DNA of 63,971 nt, the filler included, from Choristocarpus tenellus KU-1152 (lineage: Eukaryota > Protista > Phaeophyceae), in NCBI GenBank assembly GCA_964200185.2. It is 12 parts of 12 records of this genome, joined end to end, with 100 filler letters (N's around TTAATTAATTAA, not from the genome) between each part and the next. Parts side by side here need not be neighbours in the genome. Positions count along the whole stretch, not along the records: positions 10,707 to 16,184 come from CAXNAD020010655.1; positions 16,285 to 19,450 come from CAXNAD020021827.1; positions 19,551 to 24,997 come from CAXNAD020010745.1; positions 25,098 to 31,097 come from CAXNAD020009202.1; 8 more parts are not named here. The stretch is one strand, 5' to 3'. Below are positions 13,701-26,551 of this stretch, piece after piece. The position numbers were made by a program, and so were the translations under genes. The notes under the pieces are model-generated. The model had not been told where the DNA came from, did not search any database, and saw nothing but the letters and a program-made list of their open reading frames with translations. Numbering within the stretch: the stretch's first letter is position 1; each line of letters starts with the position of its first letter.

Positions 13701-16184
13701 TGAGCCAGCTCTGCAGTAGGAGCGAGGATCAACACCCTTGGCCGGCCTGGCTTTGCTCGTCCCTGCTCCTTGGCCACCTCTTCCAATCTGTAGCACCCAG
13801 AGCCATCACCATCACAATTACACAGTAGTCACTTCACCACCATGAGGTACATTGAATGTGGTACTCACTATGCATTTGTCCAGGTGTGTGAAAACTATTG
13901 ACTATATATTGCAGATACTATTGACTATAAACTTTGATATCTCACTCTCACCAAATATTCTGTGTCTCCTACTTACTATTGAACAAGAAAGAACATTTAA
14001 CAAGCATTCGTGACCTCATTTCACACCTCACCCTAACACCACCTCTCAGGGGTAAGCAACACCGAACACATTTTTCATTGAACACATTTTGAAAGTATCA
14101 ACCCTAGAAACAACACATCTACTTTACACTATTCATACCCATTAACCCTAACCCTAAACCATTCCGTGCAAAACCAATGATGTACTAGAGTATTAATCAA
14201 TTAATAGCCCAAACCTAAAATATACCTCCATCACTCTTTAGGGAGATATAAATTCAGCAGACAATATCAAGGGTAGTAGTCATCAACCATTAGTCATCAA
14301 CCTAACCATTAGCATGGTAACCCTAACCCTAACCATTAGCATGGTCACTTCGATCTATCAACTTACCTCAGTCTCTGAACTAGAGGGCACAGGTATGCCA
14401 AGGTCTTGCCGCTGCCAGTCTGGTCTGCCACGAGGCAGTGATCCCCACCTAACACACTCTCATATGCTATTGCCTGCTAAAACAAAGACAGAGATATTAA
14501 TTAAAAAACTGGTCAAACTGTTGGGGCATTCTTGAAATAATTTGTACTGAGTTGCTTACATTCCACATTGTCTATTTCTTAACAAGTTTTTCAAAAAATA
14601 ACCATAGAATCAATATCCCTAACCCTAAACCTTAAATCTCACACTTCCCCTGTAATTTGACTAATCTATTATTGCCTGTAAGAACTCAGAATGTGGATGA
14701 TTGATGACCAGGATGGGTGACAGTGGTCATGTTTGAGTTGATACAATGAGCTCTTTGTATCAATTAAAGCATCAAAGTGCCAATAGACCCACGATACACC
14801 CATCGTACAGGTAGAGCTGCAGGTGTATAGATGGCGACAGGAGAAGATGGTACCATTGTCACCTTTGTTTTCAGCATTGAGAGGTAATTTAGTAACATTT
14901 CCTTGTTTCAATTAATTATTGTACCACCACGGTTGAATTCACCTGGATTTTGGAGGGCCGGGTGACACCAAGTTGGTCAAGAGCTGCCACTGCCGCTTCA
15001 CTTGCTCCAATGTCAGACAATGGCTGGGGCAACCAATCAACACAGTTGAAGAGTGACAACGCACAAGGGTTGAGGAGTGGAGTTAGTGCAAATGGTTCTG
15101 AAATGACCACAGTTTTGTTGTCATTCCTTTTCCCATACCAATCATACCAATCTCCAATAAAATCTCCAATAATAACACCGAAAATGTAATAAAAATAGTT
15201 GGACTCAAGGATGAACTTGTCAGGCTAGCTTGCAACTCACTCAAATACTTTAGTACAGCTCTAAATGCACTCTCCACGAAGGACTTGGCTTCGTTTTCGT
15301 CTCCTTGCAATGGTGGATATTTGATCGTAATCATACTAGTATATACTTGACCATAACTGAATCGTCCATGACATAATGACAAGCAAAGAGATGACAATGA
15401 TGATTGACATCCCATATCATCACCAGCATTAAGGACCAAGAGATGCAATAGAGGTACCATGTGCAGGAGCATATTGTCATATTAATAGCATGATACAGGT
15501 ACTCACTCGAATAGTCAGCATGATGCATCAACATCCTCCACAAGAAACGCTGCCTGAACCCAGCACATCTTGCTGTGCAACGGAAGTCATCTACTGATTT
15601 GCAACTAAACAAGGCCCGAGATTTACTTCCCATACCCTCTATTTTTTTTAGAACAGTGCTATGATCACCTACTGTGAGTGGCTTGGGCTGTGAATAGTAG
15701 CACAGATTCATATTCATAGTCGTCCATCTACATGGCGCACGTTCACTCTCCCACTCAAGTACCAACAAGGCAAAGATGTATTCGAGCCGATACGAATTGG
15801 ATAATCATGTCAACACATGATAAAATGCACATACATAGCCAGACCGGGGGGAGCACCCACAACGTGAACCACTTCATCCACACAACGATAGTTCCCTTCC
15901 TGTGCTCAGGGTTGTCAGCATTTCACGTTACCTTACCTTAACGCTGAAGAAATGGTCGCGGCCATCTTCATCATCGCTGATCACTCCTGGATCTATTGCA
16001 TCCTGGGTCGTGCCCTCCATCTCATCATCCTCATAGCCCCACACCCCCGAACCCCCCTCTTGTATACCGCCATCAACACCATATTGACCAGAGCCCATCT
16101 GCCCCCTTCCACGCCCCCCCCTACCAGAGCCGTACGCTTCCCCCCTATCACCAGCTTCCTATTCATCATCCTTGAAATATCCCC
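10731..16184 (-). CDS. DEAD-box RNA helicase, RH50-like, partial at both ends; exons <16184-15937, 15023-14943, 14473-14367, 13787-13697, 12772-12668, 10832-10731
   Basis: Q motif ([10 protein letters not shown]), motif I ([12 protein letters not shown]), Ia ([10 protein letters not shown]), GG, Ib (ATPGR) and II (VVLDE) in phase-consistent exons. One in-frame TAG lies about 25 nt from the contig edge. Confidence 0.9.
10950..14630. repeat. Dispersed short interstitial telomere-like (TTAGGG/CCCTAA)2-4 tracts in helicase introns
   Basis: Tracts at about 10953, 11180, 11293, 11355, 11682, 12190, 12401, 13416, 14145, 14319 and 14617, in both orientations. Confidence 0.85.
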
Positions 16185-16284
16185 NNNNNNNNNNNNNNNN
16201 NNNNNNNNNNNNNNNNNNNNNNNNNNNNTTAATTAATTAANNNNNNNNNNNNNNNNNNNNNNNNNNNNNNNNNNNNNNNNNNNN

Positions 16285-16557
16285 CACGGAGATGGTGCGT
16301 CCCCTGAGCGAGCGTGGCCTTGCGCGCGTCAGCAAGTCCATCCATGAAAAAGGCTGGCTAGAGCAGTTTGCTCGTCTGTCGTCATCCAAAGAGACTGCTT
16401 AGGCAACGGGAACCAGCTCACCGCTGAAACTGCGCTTGCCTAAGAAGTCTCATTGGATGATGACAGACGAGCAAACTGCTCTAGCCAGCCTTTTTCATGG
16501 ATGGACTTGCTGACGCGCGCAAGGCCACGCTCGCTCAGGGGACGCACCATCTCCGTG
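16285..16557. repeat. Near-perfect foldback inverted repeat (about 120-bp arms, about 30-bp loop) at contig start
   Basis: 16285-16406 is the reverse complement of 16436-16557 with about 3 mismatches. Confidence 0.9.
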
Positions 16558-17149
16558 CATGTGATGTTGTCGAGTTTCGAAACTGCGCTTGCCATTCAAG
16601 GATGAACACTGGACGGAAACCATAGAATAACGGTGCTGAAGAGAGAGTTTGATCCCGAATGCGCTTTCATGATGCGTGTCTACTTGGAGTTCAACCAAGC
16701 AGAAGAGAGGCTAATTGCCAACTGTGGGTGATGGAGTGTTGTCGTTGTTCCATGATCTCCTGATGACGCTTCTGATCTACCAAGTTGTTACCGAGTTTCC
16801 TTTGTTTTGGTTCATCGTCAGTCAGCCCATCGTTGATCTTTTTGCTGTTGATCTTTTTATCCCTCGTGGTCTTTCTGTCGAAAGCAACATGTAGCTCACT
16901 ACTGCCTTCTGTGTGTGTCCTGCGACCACTTCCCACCTACCCCTTGCCCCATTCGCCCACTGCGATGTGTTACAAGTCCAACAACTTGCCCGAGAAAATA
17001 GATAAATGCAGATCGGCGTATCTGACAGGGTGAAGGGGGGGGGCAGGTCACAACAAACGATATCTCGGGCACGACTGAGATATTCCTACAAAGAGGTCGA
17101 TCATCATATAATGTCAATACTTACATGCGCTCAGTGGTAGCTTCTTTCA

Positions 17150-19450
17150 GAATAGTATCACCATTGTCATCCCAACAAAGTGGACCCGCACCTTCGACAC
17201 AAATGGAAGCTGGAGACTAAGGAGACATGAGATATGGTACGATCGATAACAAGAAAGAACTGGGGGTCAAGAAGATACTTTGGGTACCTGGTATGCCATG
17301 CCGAATATTGAGCAGTGGGATCCTGGGACAAGATGACAGAGTTAATCGAGGCAATGCAGCCAGAGCTGCAATCCTGAGCCTGAGCCATGAGCCTGAGCCA
17401 TGAGCCTGAGCTTGAACGTGAGCCTGAGCCTGAGCCTGAGTCTGAGCCACAAAAGAATCTGCCTATGGACCTAGAGCAGTTGTCATAACACTTGTCCCTG
17501 AAGGGGGCACGCCCATCGATTGGAGACACCAAGATTCTTGCTTACGGAATGAGAAAAGCAATTGCTGTACCTGCCACTAGGGGAGCAGGACATTAGCAGG
17601 AGCAGTAACTAAGCCTCCACCAGAAAGGAAAGGAGGAGCTAACCGTGGAGAGCCTGGGAGCACTCTAGCTGCTGGGACCATAAACTCATGGAAGAGAACA
17701 CAGAAGGTCAGCGGAAGAGGTGGCCAAGGTACAACTGGTCAACGTACGGACCATATTACAACAAGATCCCCTACCAGGGACGAGATCAGGACCAACAGAG
17801 GATATTTAAACTGTGGTCTGATCAAGCTTATTGGTCCTTGTTCTTTTGAAGGAATATGCTACAACTGTGGAGGTAAAGGAAACCTTCAGATCGATTGCCG
17901 CCAGAGGAGAGTGACACCGTCTTAACAGGCGGAGGAATTAGCTGGACCAGAGTTGGAGCCAGAAAAGAAAACCAGAGTAATCTTGTCAGCAAAGGGCTGC
18001 CTGTACAAGACTTGTAAGTCTGGGAAGTAAATAATATCTCCTCCAGACCATCAAGAACCATCTTCCATATCAGAGGCACCCTGGCGAGGAAGGTTGTTGG
18101 CAAAGGACTTCACTCAACGAGAGGATGCACAAGACATTCAATTATGATAGGCTTCAAGCCTGGGGGAGTGAGTGCTACGTCCAACAAGAGAAACAGCGAA
18201 AGGGGGCTGGTTCAAGTTTTTAACCATAAACTAAGCGAGGGGTCATCATGGGACACGATTGTACATCACTGTGTTGGTGCATCTAAAGAAGCAAGCACAA
18301 GACTTCGTAGACACTGTGTTGACTAGATGAATGACGTATATTTGAGTTCAAGCACTCAGTGTTCTTTTATTGCGTTGATAAGATAAATGTGATGTGTCTG
18401 AGAACTGAACCAATCTGACGTCTTTTACTTCCATTTTCATGGCAAGTGTGCAGAATGGGGAGTGTATACAGTAAAATGTTTTAGGTTGAGAGTTCCAGCA
18501 ACTTTTCATTGCCTGCACTCTCATGGGGGAGTGTTTAAAATAGGACAATAGTGAGGTGTACCTTATTTTGTGCATATGAGATCATTGTGTTGAATTGAGT
18601 CCATGTGATGTAACTAATAAAATAATATGTCCAGATTATGTATGGGATTATGTATTGGGATTTATTCTGCATTCAACTACTTTGACATGACCGTCGACTC
18701 AGATAGAAAGCACAAATAAATAATAAACAAGCAATGAGAAGACACCACACAAAGGTCACTCTTCTAATTTCATCCATGTAATCACATTCAGCAAAGGGGG
18801 TCTTGTGAGGCTTCACACCTTCTTATCTTCACTACTAACAAAGAGCATTACCTCCCAAGGTAATTTGCACAGAAACGAGACCTTGATCCCGAACGCCTTT
18901 ATTGCCTGTGGAGTTTCGGTGGACTCACACCATATTGTTTGGGCGATCTTGGTTGACTGAGTGTCGAAGAAGCCTTTGCGGGCCCTTATGGGTGCCCATA
19001 TTATCCTACATCCCGAGGGGACGGTGAAAGAAAAGTGAAAAGCTTGGTAGTGAGAGCATTACTCCACAATCCAGTATCTTCTTCAGATTCAAGAATCTTT
19101 CATTCACCTGGCAGTATGAAGAGTTTATGTTGGTAAGGAAGACAGACTCCTGCCGAGCACTTTGATGTAGCGACGAATATCCAAGGATTATTGATTGTGG
19201 TGAAGGTGGGATGTGGTAGACATGCCAGTTGAACGGATTGATGAAAAGGCGTTTTGTCAAAACCGTCCATGTTCAAGTTCGTGTAACTACTATTGTTGTT
19301 TGTACTATGTTATCAATGCACTGTTGCCATATCCTAAGACTTTCCTCGAAAGCCCAAAATTTTAATCCTACTAGCATTGTTATTATAGTGTGATAGTTTA
19401 TGAAGTAAACTGAGTTTTGTGGGCGGGAGAATTCTGGTTGGCTGGGGGCA
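17150..19450 (-). mobile_element. Degenerate LTR-retrotransposon gag-like relic (Copia-like?)
   Basis: Decayed zinc-knuckle-like motifs (CYDNC, CRRCG), a (GGCTCA)n low-complexity tract at 17375-17448, interrupted frames, and a PBS-like tgcccccagc at the contig edge. Confidence 0.35.
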
Positions 19451-19550
19451 NNNNNNNNNNNNNNNNNNNNNNNNNNNNNNNNNNNNNNNNNNNNTTAATT
19501 AATTAANNNNNNNNNNNNNNNNNNNNNNNNNNNNNNNNNNNNNNNNNNNN

Positions 19551-20647
19551 GGGGGAGGGGTGGAGATGGGGGGAAGAGGTTTTGTTGGTGGGGATGCAGC
19601 CTACAGGGAGGGTGGTGCGCTGAAGCGGGTGAGGATGGACCAAGAGCAGTCGTCACAGAGACGGGTACGTATGGGGCGATGCTCTTATCGTTTTGAGCGG
19701 TGTGTGTTGCCTCCCTCCTCCTGTTTCGGCAATATATATATATATATATATATTTTAAATTGTCTGTATGTGTGCAATCGTTGTGTTTAGTATTGTAGTC
19801 TGCTAGGTAAGTATTATCATGAAGATTTAAAATTTTGTTGATATTTGTTGATATTTGTAGTAGCGTTGTTGACAGTTTAGCTCCGTGTGCGGAGGGGACT
19901 TGTGGGTGCCGCCTATTGCGGTGAAATGTAACTGTCTCTTTTTGTGGTGAAGGTAACATTTTCCTATTCTGAATGGCGCGCGTGTGGAGGTGTGCCCAAG
20001 GAGTGAAATCCGACCCTGTGGATGGTTTTCTGATAGGTTTGGTGGTTGTCTGATAGGCTGGTGAGTATGGGAAGGTGAGGGGTGTTGTACAAATGTCATT
20101 AACCATTGCTGTTAGAAAACAAACTCTGAGGTAACTCTCAGCCCAGTGGGTTGCAGTAACTGCCCCTCCCCCCTTCTTTTGGGTTCTGTCGTTCACCCTC
20201 TCTGCGCAAGAATTTTACGCTAACTCTAATTGCATTAGAGTTCAATACACAATTTCACTACGTTGTATAATTTGTTACTTGAATATATACATATCTGTAC
20301 GTATGTATATATGTTTTTTTCTTCTGTCATATTTCAAGGTGATTTGTGTACTTTTTGGTTTTTCTTTGGCACAGAGGTAGAGATGAAGACCGTGATGATT
20401 ACGTATGTAGTGCACAGTAAGAGTGTATCTCACATCGCAGGTCCTTTTTTTTGACCACCCCGTAAATATCAATCTTGCTTTCGTCCTCAAGGAGGTCAAG
20501 AAACTTACGCCAGAGGACTACATTCTTCCAGAGGGATGGATTGTGGCCTTTTCCAAGAAAGAGAAACGCTCATACTTCTTCAACACTACCACTGGGGTCT
20601 CTGTGTGGACAGCCCCTTCAGGCAGCAAGCCCAAGCACGCCACATGA
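19551..20647 (+). CDS. 3' end of a gene with a C-terminal WW domain; exons <19551-19664 (tentative) and 20441-20647
   Basis: Last exon after tcgcag encodes LPEGWIVAFSKKEKRSYFFNTTTGVSVWTAP, a canonical WW pattern, then TGA. Confidence 0.75.
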
Positions 20648-21619
20648 ACCAACACAGCCCAGGGGAGGATACGTACATGCGTGTCTGTGGTACTCTCTTT
20701 TCCACATGGGTGCCGGGTTTAACTTTGTTCTGATTATCGTAGTTGAAGCTTTTCTCGATGCTGGAGAGACCGATTCGTGCACTTACTCCTCCAATATATG
20801 TAGCAGAGAGTTTTGGATGAAGCACGGGTTGTCTTCTTGACCTTATCATAGAGTTAGGGAGAGGGAATTGCTATGCGCTGCTCCGGCATATTGTGAAGTA
20901 GACTTTTAACTTGTGTTAGGTACAAGGTTGTCTACTCAATGTACCTACAAGTGTTCTTGGGGTAGTTCAGTAGAGCAGGCCCCACGACTTTAGTTAGGAT
21001 GGATGGGGGATGCTCGCTCAGCATTCTGACTTAGATTCTTGAGATCATGTGGAGTAGCATTCGAAGGCCACCTAGTGGCCAATGTATCTATCCTCTTTCC
21101 TGCTGTGCCATGTGGATGATACCGTGTTGTGATGTCAGTGCTGTAGTAGCCAGAGAGTGCTTTGCCCCCACAACCATATCAAGTCAAGGGAAACAATACG
21201 ATGTGCAGGTGTACTGGTCAGAGAGTGTATGTGTGAGGGAGGCTGAGGGAGTTTGTTTAATTTACAGGGGCGTCTGTCCTCCCTTGTCCGCTGTGTCGTA
21301 TAACAGCTCATTAGTTGGAAGGGCGTCGTGAAGAACAACAAATGTAGGAACTGATTTGGACCTAAGAGTAGGGAGAATGGCTGCGAGAGAGAGAGACTGT
21401 GGGCTAGAGGGGGTGGATGGTAGGCAAGGGTTGAAGGACTCTTGTTTTTTTTTTTGTTCTTGAGGCAGTGATAATGCTCTGAATGTGGTTGTGGGGGTAT
21501 GTTGTATGACTGTTGTATGACTGTTATATGACTGTGGTGTGTTGTGTGTCTCGCGAGCGCATTCTGATAGTGTTGCTTCCTGCTGAGCGAGGTTAGATAA
21601 GTGCAAAGTGGTGATAACA

Positions 21620-21650
<31 letters not shown>

Positions 21651-24600
21651 TGTGTGTAGAAAAGGATGCAAATGAGTTAATTGATGAATGTAGTAGTTAT
21701 TTTTTCTGGTGGTCGTGCAGGCAAGTAACCATGTTTTGAAGGGGGAGTTTTCTCCTTGAATTTGTGATAGAAACAAGATAAGAGTAAGTGCTGGAGCAGT
21801 TTTGTATCTTGTAGTGGAGGGTTACTGTCCGTGATCTTGTTTGTGTAGTAGTACTGTGATACCATGGTCACTAGAGGAGGTCCCCTCAGTCAGCTTTATG
21901 CAGCAACAACTACCTATCATTGTTGTTCCTGCACTCTTCTCCCCCCTCGCTCAGAGCGAACTGGCTTACATCAATCCATGCATGCATTGCGGGATGATGA
22001 GAAACAAGGATCAATTGGTGAAGAAGAAATTGCAGGTCATTTCGTCACTGTTGATGATGCGAACCCTAATTAAACAAGGTGAGAAGGCAATACAAGGAGA
22101 TTGATTGAGAGGCAACAAAAGGCAAGAGGGAGGGCAACTAATTTTCGGTGAAAATCAACATAGATGTGTAGAGTGTGAGAAACGATCATGCCTGAGTACG
22201 ATGTTCTATCAATAGTACCATGTGAATATATTAGTTCCAAGGTGGCCTGCCATGGAATGTACGTTGGTTAGGTACTGCTGTAGAGTACAGTAGTTAGCAC
22301 TTGAGATCCTTTTGCGTGATCCCGTACTGTTTTTGTACTCTCAATGCTACATCCACATGTGCACCTCCATCATTTGTTGTAGACGCCCTTGGCTGTTCTG
22401 GAACAGGTGTTTACTGTCTGTTCTGATGATCCTCTCATGTTGCGACATTGATGGGAGGGTTGTGGTAAATTTGTGGTAAAGGGTGGTAGCAATGTATACA
22501 TGCACATGCCTCATGGTGTGGGTTGTGTGCATGGGCGGCAGTAGCATTATCCTTGGCTACAGGACCACATACTATGTGGTGAATGTTGAGTTGTCTATTG
22601 AGGTTCCTACGATGAGTGTGCTACTCCATTGGGCTGCTGGTCGACCTGTTACCTCTCACCTTCGGTCGTTGCTCCTGTTCATAGAAGAGAGGACAGTGTC
22701 CGTGATTGTTGGCGGAGGTCGATGAAGGTGCAGCATGCTGTGTGCGACAGAGGGTTTAGGTTGCTTCCAAGGTATGTCGACTGTTGGGAACCTCATACCA
22801 CCATTTGGTATGCCCGATGCATACACAAGTACAGAGTATATATATTATGTTTATTCTTGTGCTTTTTTTGTAGCTAAAATCTTCACCTGTTGCGAAAATC
22901 GTGTTGTGGTGCAATTCACATTTCTAATTTGTTCAAACTACACATTTCTTGGGCACACTGTTACTACAACTAATCTGCAACATGTGAGGGAGGGAGTATA
23001 GGCACCTTAACATTCCTGCCTGTCAACATAAAGTGGTTGTTAAATGTCTAAGTGTACTCATCAGACATGGTGGATTGTCATTTCCCATCGCAAAGTCAGC
23101 ACATTGGGGCGATTCTGCTGTTTGAGTGTCTCCAAGATTAGTTGAGGGTCTAGGGTTGTATGGGGTAGTAGCTCTATGGAAACATTGCTGAACGATCAAG
23201 ATAGACAAAGCTGTTACGCCGAGCGTCATTCACAATGCATGGTATTAGAACAATCAGCACTGTTCAAACAAGTCCCCATTCATTCAGCCAATCAGGATGC
23301 TTTAAATTCACAAACACATCAATTAGGATGCTTTCACCAATCCTCCATCTATGAGACACTAACCTATACACTTTGGAATTGTAAGAATGAGAGCAACTTC
23401 TCAAGTCCTTTGTTGTGGCGGTTGCTGTCTGTAGGCCACACACCATTGCATGCAATGTCTTCCAAGTACGAGGCCACACACCATTGCATGCAATGTCTTC
23501 GAAGTACGAAGATTGGTGCCTGCAAGGTTTCTTTGTTCTTTGTATTTGATCAAATCTTCTACTACCTCGAGGTGTATGGACATGTGGTACCTTTTTTTGG
23601 TTGTACGTTCTCTTGTCACAAGTGTAGAAAGTAAAGAGCGTTGAAGTTACAGATCCTCTCGCTTGTCGTGCAAGTATAAATTGATTCAGCTTTGCGATCG
23701 ATTCGATAAATCACACCGTCCAATTAAGCTAAGGGGACCTCAACACAGTGAGATGTTCTTGGTGGTAGTCCAGGTAATAGAACAGTAAAGATAACGTTTA
23801 TTGGAAGGGCAATTCATTACATACATGGAACAAGCTTGGATGGTATGCAGTAATCATACGGTAGATGTATTGCATGCAGCCATTGTTCATTACAGTTACA
23901 GAATTGCATTTTTCAATCATGGGCAGCATGACAGCAACACCCTTGTCTCTTCCTCCTGCTAGAAGAACAAGATAACACGAGCAGCTATTACTTTTAGTCT
24001 CGTCAATAGAGGGGTTACACATATGTCTATCACAGACACGGTCTATTCCCAGGAATAATCTTTCAATTCTTGTGCGGGGAAGTAGGTCATGTAAGAAACA
24101 ATAGGTTGATGAAAGACAAAAAAAAAAGCTCTGAAGAATATGGAGGTTAAGTTATGGGTAAATGAACTAGAATGAAGAATTCAAGAGAGGGAAACGTTGT
24201 AGCAAGTAATTGGTGATGAGTGTGTTGTGATCCAAGGGATAATATTGATTGGTGACAAAGGCCGACCGACCACCTCAGGGGATAAATGCTCACTCCTTTA
24301 TGCTTGCTTACTTCATCTACTTCGTGTCCAATCAGACAAGGAAAGAAATCAATACATTTATATACAAGTCTTAGGAAAAACAGTTTCATTAACATCTATC
24401 ACATCCTGATACCAGCTTTGCACAACAGGGAAAGCTTGTTTCTAACTAGAAACTTGAGCACAAGATGCTCAAGAGATTTGAGGACTGAAAATTGTTCTAC
24501 CAAACCTGACTGGTCACCGCAAGGAGAAAAAAAAGAATATATGTATAATATATGTATGTATATATCCCAAGGAATGCTTTCACTGGCTCTGAGCATTATT

Positions 24601-25420
24601 ACTGACGTGATACCCCTGAATACTGAGGAGTTGAAAAAATATTCAACTGGAAGTGCTAGGATATCACTTTAGTGCACCATCATCCACATTCGAAAAATTC
24701 CGCAAGAGAGCTGCTGCTCCCTGGCCCGGGACAGTACCTGCCTGCTCCGACAAAGTTCCAGATTTATCTTGCTCATCAAATGCACTTGCCATACCTTAAA
24801 GCAAAAAAAGAGGAGACATCATTATTCCAACCTATGAATAGCAGGCCCTCTAGATACTATTGAGATATCATCTAATATCTAAACTAGCAACATGACTTTC
24901 CTTGGCTTCCCTTTCCCCCCCCCCCCCCCCCCCCCCCCCCTTTTCCCCCACCCCCCCCCCCCTTCAGCCCAATTCTCCCATCAACACCTCCACCACCNNN
25001 NNNNNNNNNNNNNNNNNNNNNNNNNNNNNNNNNNNNNNNNNTTAATTAATTAANNNNNNNNNNNNNNNNNNNNNNNNNNNNNNNNNNNNNNNNNNNNGTT
25101 GTACATGAAGTAAGGAAGGTTTAAGAAAGGAGAGTGAGCTTTAAAGCTCAAAGGGGGTCCTCAAAGGGGGTCACCACGTTACGATTCACATATTTTAATA
25201 TCACGTCACTCAATCCATGATTACTTGCTATGTTACTTGCTATAACATTCCTTTTCTAGGATTCTTGTTGTTGCAATATAATAACCCGGATAATATTTCC
25301 GTTGTCACCTGACAAAAACACATTACTATCAAATATCCCATTATCCAACAATACTTCAACAACTCAATGTTTCTCCAACAGGATCATATTTTACACATGA
25401 ATAAAAAGCATATTCTGAAC

Positions 25421-25612
25421 ACTTCGTATTAAACAGCAGATGGACTTCATTGTGCTACTTGATCTTACCCGTTTTACTTCGTACTTAACAAGACATGGAC
25501 TATTGTTGTGAAAGTTAATCTTAACCCATTTACTTCGCTTTAAACAACAGTTGGGATATTAATTGTCATACTTGATCTTACCCTGTCTACTCCGTTGTAA
25601 TCAACAAATGGG
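25421..25612 (+). repeat. Diverged ~56-bp tandem repeat, about 3.5 copies
   Basis: Recurring acttcg..taaca..atgg..ttg....cttgatcttaccc units. Confidence 0.65.
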
Positions 25613-26551
25613 GATTTTCATGCTTCATCTTCTCTTTTTAGGTGTGTCCATTCCTTAAAATAGTTTCGCTTCATGGCAGTGATACTAACATTCATATTTT
25701 ACTTTTAGCGGTGCATAGCATTGGGATGGAGGGATGGACGCGTTGTAACCCTGGTTGAGGTTTCTCATTCATCTTGAAGAATTTGACATGTTTGTGTGTT
25801 GAGAGGGGGTCGATCGTATTCTTCTCCTAATACCCGATCCTATCATTTCTTTCACCACCATCATCATCATCAATATATTGTTGTCATATTGAGTCACACA
25901 CACGAACATTTTTACTGATCCTTTCAGGAATCCCCGTTGAATAGAGTTTCCGCCAAGGCAATGCTTGTTCTATTTATAATCAGTTTTAATAGTGCCAACA
26001 ACAACAGCACAGTATGTACTCAAACTAAATAAAATACTCTGAACAAGTATTTCCTGATGACAAAACTCTACATGTTCGAACACAAACACTTCGAACAAAA
26101 TACTTGAAAGAAGTGCGCGATGAGGCATGGTGTGACACATTAAATTGTGTGTTCATGTAGATGTTAGTTGTGGTACACACACGTTTTTTTCCGCAATAGA
26201 AAACACATTACTTGGTACGAATGGCTCCCCCTCCTCGAACGTACAAAAAGATGACCCCACTCAACTACTGCCCCCCCCCATCCGTACGAGCAGGTACTGT
26301 TCCCACGGACAGAGTGGTTCCCCACACTCCTCGAGGTCCTCTTCAACAACTTCCACAGTCATTTCTTTCTTCATCACAACACAACCATCTGGCAGGCACG
26401 GCAATATAAGCTTTGCAAATCCCGCCTCCCGGAAGGCCACGCTGCCATGTCCATTGACTTCAGTTCCCAGCTTCCACACAGCCACCAGGACCTAACACAG
26501 CAAGAATGTTTCAATCTATTGTTGACAGCGCTCTTGACCATTGTTTGGTAG

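Noticed and set aside
16159-16161. In-frame TAG codons (helicase exon edge, upstream of the RGG ORF, esterase-like exon) suggesting stop-codon reassignment
   Set aside because: BMT2 ends at TAG exactly at its conserved C-terminus; the others are better explained by contig-edge error, UTR sequence or pseudogenisation.
21800-24870. Possible retroelement remnants (QPNGVA-like motif) and a short tandem duplication at about 23433-23510
   Set aside because: Too degenerate to assign by eye; no sustained frame.
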